Assembly: GCA_050250135.1 (NCBI GenBank)
Contig: JBFWPF010000004.1
Span: forward strand, 1,893-65,892
DNA: 64,000 nt
Reading direction: 5' to 3'
From: Parachlamydiales bacterium
Lineage (GTDB): Bacteria; Chlamydiota; Chlamydiia; Chlamydiales; JAFEGQ01
The notes below the pieces were generated by a model that was given only the letters and a program-made list of their open reading frames with translations, was not told the DNA's origin and searched no databases. The stretch's first letter is position 1. Every line of letters begins with the position of its first letter. Positions 61,512 to 64,000 of this stretch are shown here, in pieces. Both the position numbers and the translations under genes were made by a program.

Positions 61512-62066
61512 TCATTTTCTCCGTATATCAAAGTGAATGGGTCGCCTTGTCAGTCCCAGCAGAAGAAGGGCCTTTTCCCCGCTAGTCACCGGGTCGCGGC
61601 TGGAGAGGCTCATGAACCCTGTCCCCGTCTGCGGAATCTCCTCGTTCCAAGCGAACGCAGCGGTCATCCCCCCCAAGGCAGGGGAAAAAATAGCAACCCC
61701 TGTGCCCACTGCATAGCCCCCTAGCTTGACCAGCCCCAAGACGGAGAGGTCCCACCCGGTACATAGCCTGTACCCCAGTAGGGCAATGGTGGTGAACTGT
61801 AGTCCCCTATAGAAAGAGCGGATACCCAACTGCGCAGTAGGGGAGGTGCCCATGGCCACCAAGGCGTTGCCGTCAAAGACAACGCTGATGTCCACGATCT
61901 CCGCCAACGAGAGAATTGCCCCAACAGCAAGCGCCGGCGCCCCAAAACGCCTGGTGGCAACGGCCATTAGGGCGGCCCCTAACGCCATCTTGCCAAGGCC
62001 ACAAGCGAGGTTGTAGTCGGGCTTCTCCTCGTACCTCTCGAAAAAGATCTCCTTAGCTATCTCCAC
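61512..62066 (-). CDS. membrane protein, tandem paralogue B
   Basis: 184 aa. NLACGLGKM, RRFGAPAL, MGTSPTAQLGIRSFYRGLQFTTIALL, KLGGYA and LLLLGLTRRPIHF are present. Confidence 0.6.
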   Translation of the reverse strand: MEIAKEIFFERYEEKPDYNLACGLGKMALGAALMAVATRRFGAPALAVGAILSLAEIVDISVVFDGNALVAMGTSPTAQLGIRSFYRGLQFTTIALLGYRLCTGWDLSVLGLVKLGGYAVGTGVAIFSPALGGMTAAFAWNEEIPQTGTGFMSLSSRDPVTSGEKALLLLGLTRRPIHFDIRRK

Positions 62067-62077
62067 TATATCTCTCC

Positions 62078-62632
62078 TTAGCGAACTTTAAAGGGGATGG
62101 GTTTAAAGGTGAGGCCAAGCGCAAGGAGCACCTTTTGCATGTCCGACACATCCCCCTGCGCAACGCCCTTGTCGAGGGAAAGGTCGTCAGTCGGGTCGAA
62201 GCCGAACCAGAAGATGAATCCGGGGGAGATTAGACTGACGACGAGCCCTACGGCATAGCCGCCCGTTTTAAGAAGGCTTAGCGCCGAAAAATCGCGCTGG
62301 ATAAGGAGCCCCCCCCCTATTTTGGTTAAGAGGTAGCCGATGGTGGCGTACTGCATCCCCTTGTAGAAGGAACGGATGCCAAGTTCGGCAGTCCAGCTCC
62401 GCCCCATGTCATCGAATGCGGAGTCTTTATCTGGTTTAACGTTTGGAGCAGTCAATAAGTCGAAACACTCCACGCCTGACAGGATGGCGGGGAGGATGAG
62501 GGCGCCCCCTCCAAAGAAGCGGGTAGCTACAATCACGGTAGAGGCTCCCACACCCATCTTGACAAGGCCGAGGCCCAGGTTAAGGGGGTAATAATCTGAG
62601 GTTTCGCGCCAAATTTGGGCTGGTGTTGTCAT
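62078..62632 (-). CDS. membrane protein, tandem paralogue A
   Basis: 184 aa. NLGLGLVKM, TRFFGGGAL, MGRSWTAELGIRSFYKGMQYATIGYLL, KTGGYA and LLALGLTFKPIPF are present. Confidence 0.6.
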   Translation of the reverse strand: MTTPAQIWRETSDYYPLNLGLGLVKMGVGASTVIVATRFFGGGALILPAILSGVECFDLLTAPNVKPDKDSAFDDMGRSWTAELGIRSFYKGMQYATIGYLLTKIGGGLLIQRDFSALSLLKTGGYAVGLVVSLISPGFIFWFGFDPTDDLSLDKGVAQGDVSDMQKVLLALGLTFKPIPFKVR

Positions 62633-63357
62633 AGTAACTCCTCTTTAACGGGTGAACTGTAATACTTAAGGGCAATGCCTAGTGCCGCCATGGAGGCGGT
62701 CAAGAGGGCGCCCTCTCCTAGGGTGATCAGCTTGCCCCGCATTTCGTGCAGAAGCGAGCCGTCGATGTGTCGGCTGATCAGCAGGCTGGAGGTGATAAAG
62801 GCGGTCGCTGCGGCAGCACCGAGCAGGAAGGGGTCGGCCTCGTGCTGCTCCTGGGTGCCCCGGTAATAGCCCCACGCCATCGCTCCGCCAAAGGCGAGGG
62901 CGACAAAGGGGGTAGGGACAAAGGCAACTCGGGCGATGAGGCAAAAGGTAAGGGCAGAAGCCAAGAAGCACCCCGTCTTGCTCACAATGGTAACCCACTC
63001 GGCCGAACCGTCCTCTTCCCGATCGGGGCTGTTGGCCAGGGCAAAGGCATTTGCCGCGAGGGTAAGAGTTGGGATAACCACCCCTTGAAGGTAGGCCCGG
63101 TTAGCCCACTCGCCCCCCTGCACGACGAGCTGGCACAGGGGAACAAGGGCGAGAAGGGTCGATCCCACCAGGAGGACTTGGGTTGCAGCCTCGATGTTGG
63201 GGCTCTCCTCATCCCTCTTAACCCATCGGCTGTAGCCGGCTAAAGCGGTAAGGCTCGTTGCAGCGGCAGCGACTCCCCACTGGCGGGTATAGAGAGCAAG
63301 GCCCCCTGCTACAATCGCTCCTACTGCCCCTGCGCTATAGCCCTTGATTTCATTCAT
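62629..63357 (-). CDS. polytopic membrane protein heading the paralogue array
   Basis: 242 aa with about 6-7 hydrophobic helices rich in Ala/Gly. Its stop overlaps the start of paralogue A by 4 nt. Confidence 0.58.
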   Translation of the reverse strand: MNEIKGYSAGAVGAIVAGGLALYTRQWGVAAAATSLTALAGYSRWVKRDEESPNIEAATQVLLVGSTLLALVPLCQLVVQGGEWANRAYLQGVVIPTLTLAANAFALANSPDREEDGSAEWVTIVSKTGCFLASALTFCLIARVAFVPTPFVALAFGGAMAWGYYRGTQEQHEADPFLLGAAAATAFITSSLLISRHIDGSLLHEMRGKLITLGEGALLTASMAALGIALKYYSSPVKEELL

Positions 63358-63410
63358 GATACCCCCTAATTTTAGGGGAAATTATAGCGAACCCCCTTAT
63401 TTAACACAAG

Positions 63411-64000
63411 TTGCAACCAAAAAATTTAAGGCCCCCCTTTTCTCGCGGATCGGAGCAAGCCCTCCTCCAGGACCAGGTCCTCTACGTCCCTGAACGCCTC
63501 AGCGAGTACCCCCCCTTCTTTAGCTCCTGGGCCGAACTCTTTGGAAATGAGAGGCCCCTCTCGGTCGAGTTTTGTAGCGGAAACGGGGACTGGGTGGTGG
63601 GGCAGGCAGCCCGCCACCCCGAGCGGAATTGGGTAGCCGTCGAGCGCCGCTTTGACCGGGTTCGCAAAATCTGGGCAAAGCGGGAAAACCGGGGGATCCA
63701 AAACCTCCTGATCGTCTCGGGCGAAGGGGTGCTTTCGTCAAGTAAATATTTTATTGGCGGGAGTGTTGAGCGGGTCTATGTCAATTTCCCCGACCCTTGG
63801 CCCAAGACCCGCCACGCTAAGCACCGGATCGTAGGCGGCCCCTTTTTAAGGGAGGCGAGGCGGATTTTGGCGCCGTCAGGGGAGCTGGTGGTGGTGACCG
63901 ACGACCCGGGCCATCGGGACTGGGCCCTCAGGCAGCTGGCGCTTGCCGGTTTTGGGCCTGTGGGCCCCCCCTTTACCACCGAGTGGGAGGGGTATGGGGA
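63411..64000 (+). CDS. trmB: tRNA (guanine-N7)-methyltransferase, partial (runs off the right edge)
   Basis: Absent from the ORF track. Frame 3 reads ...LFGNERPLSVEFCSGNGDWVV...VYVNFPDPWPKTRHAKHRIVGGPFLREARRILAPSGELVVVTDD..., which includes the TrmB signature FPDPWPK.RH.K.R. The TTG at 63411 is the only canonical start between the upstream stop (63402-63404) and the conserved core. Confidence 0.82.
   Translation, partial: MQPKNLRPPFSRGSEQALLQDQVLYVPERLSEYPPFFSSWAELFGNERPLSVEFCSGNGDWVVGQAARHPERNWVAVERRFDRVRKIWAKRENRGIQNLLIVSGEGVLSSSKYFIGGSVERVYVNFPDPWPKTRHAKHRIVGGPFLREARRILAPSGELVVVTDDPGHRDWALRQLALAGFGPVGPPFTTEWEGYG

Noticed and set aside
1-64000. Search for rRNA, tRNA, tmRNA, integrase, tnpA and cas genes
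   Set aside because: No intergenic segment is long enough and shaped like a tRNA; none shows a GTTCRANYC T-loop with acceptor pairing. No rRNA-like conserved blocks are visible. No tyrosine or serine recombinase, Y1 transposase or Cas motifs appear in any listed ORF. This was an eye scan only, so tRNAscan-SE or Infernal would be needed for certainty.

Overview
High-G+C bacterial chromosome segment, densely coded, with many 1-19 nt start/stop overlaps between genes. The cell envelope is Gram-negative (lptD, kdsB). No rRNA, tRNA or CRISPR array was seen. Housekeeping genes include malic enzyme, AlsS-type acetolactate synthase, rtcB, ROK kinase, treY, a GH63-like glucosidase, a DASS dicarboxylate transporter, mdh-gltA, a pseudouridine synthase and trmB. 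Between them sit many lineage-specific membrane or secreted proteins: hairpin-TM (Inc-like) paralogues, a eukaryotic-like kinase, a Sel1/proline-rich protein, a class-3 lipase, an inverse autotransporter with a Gly-rich passenger, and a Trp-rich/RGG-tailed secreted protein. This mix suggests a host-associated PVC/Chlamydiae-like organism, but that is inference only. The most notable items are: (1) a LigT(2H)-archease fusion translationally coupled to rtcB. (2) Two diverged but intact TnpB-only IS200/IS605-type elements whose ends abut a start codon on one side and supply a stop codon on the other. One of them splits a type III PKS / methyltransferase / flavoprotein (srsABC-like) operon. (3) A translationally coupled array of five membrane proteins, four of them tandem paralogues of an unrecognised family. 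(4) A textbook intrinsic terminator built into the lptD start codon. (5) A family of mosaic MITE/REP-like intergenic repeats. All family calls rest on motifs read by eye. No database search was run.
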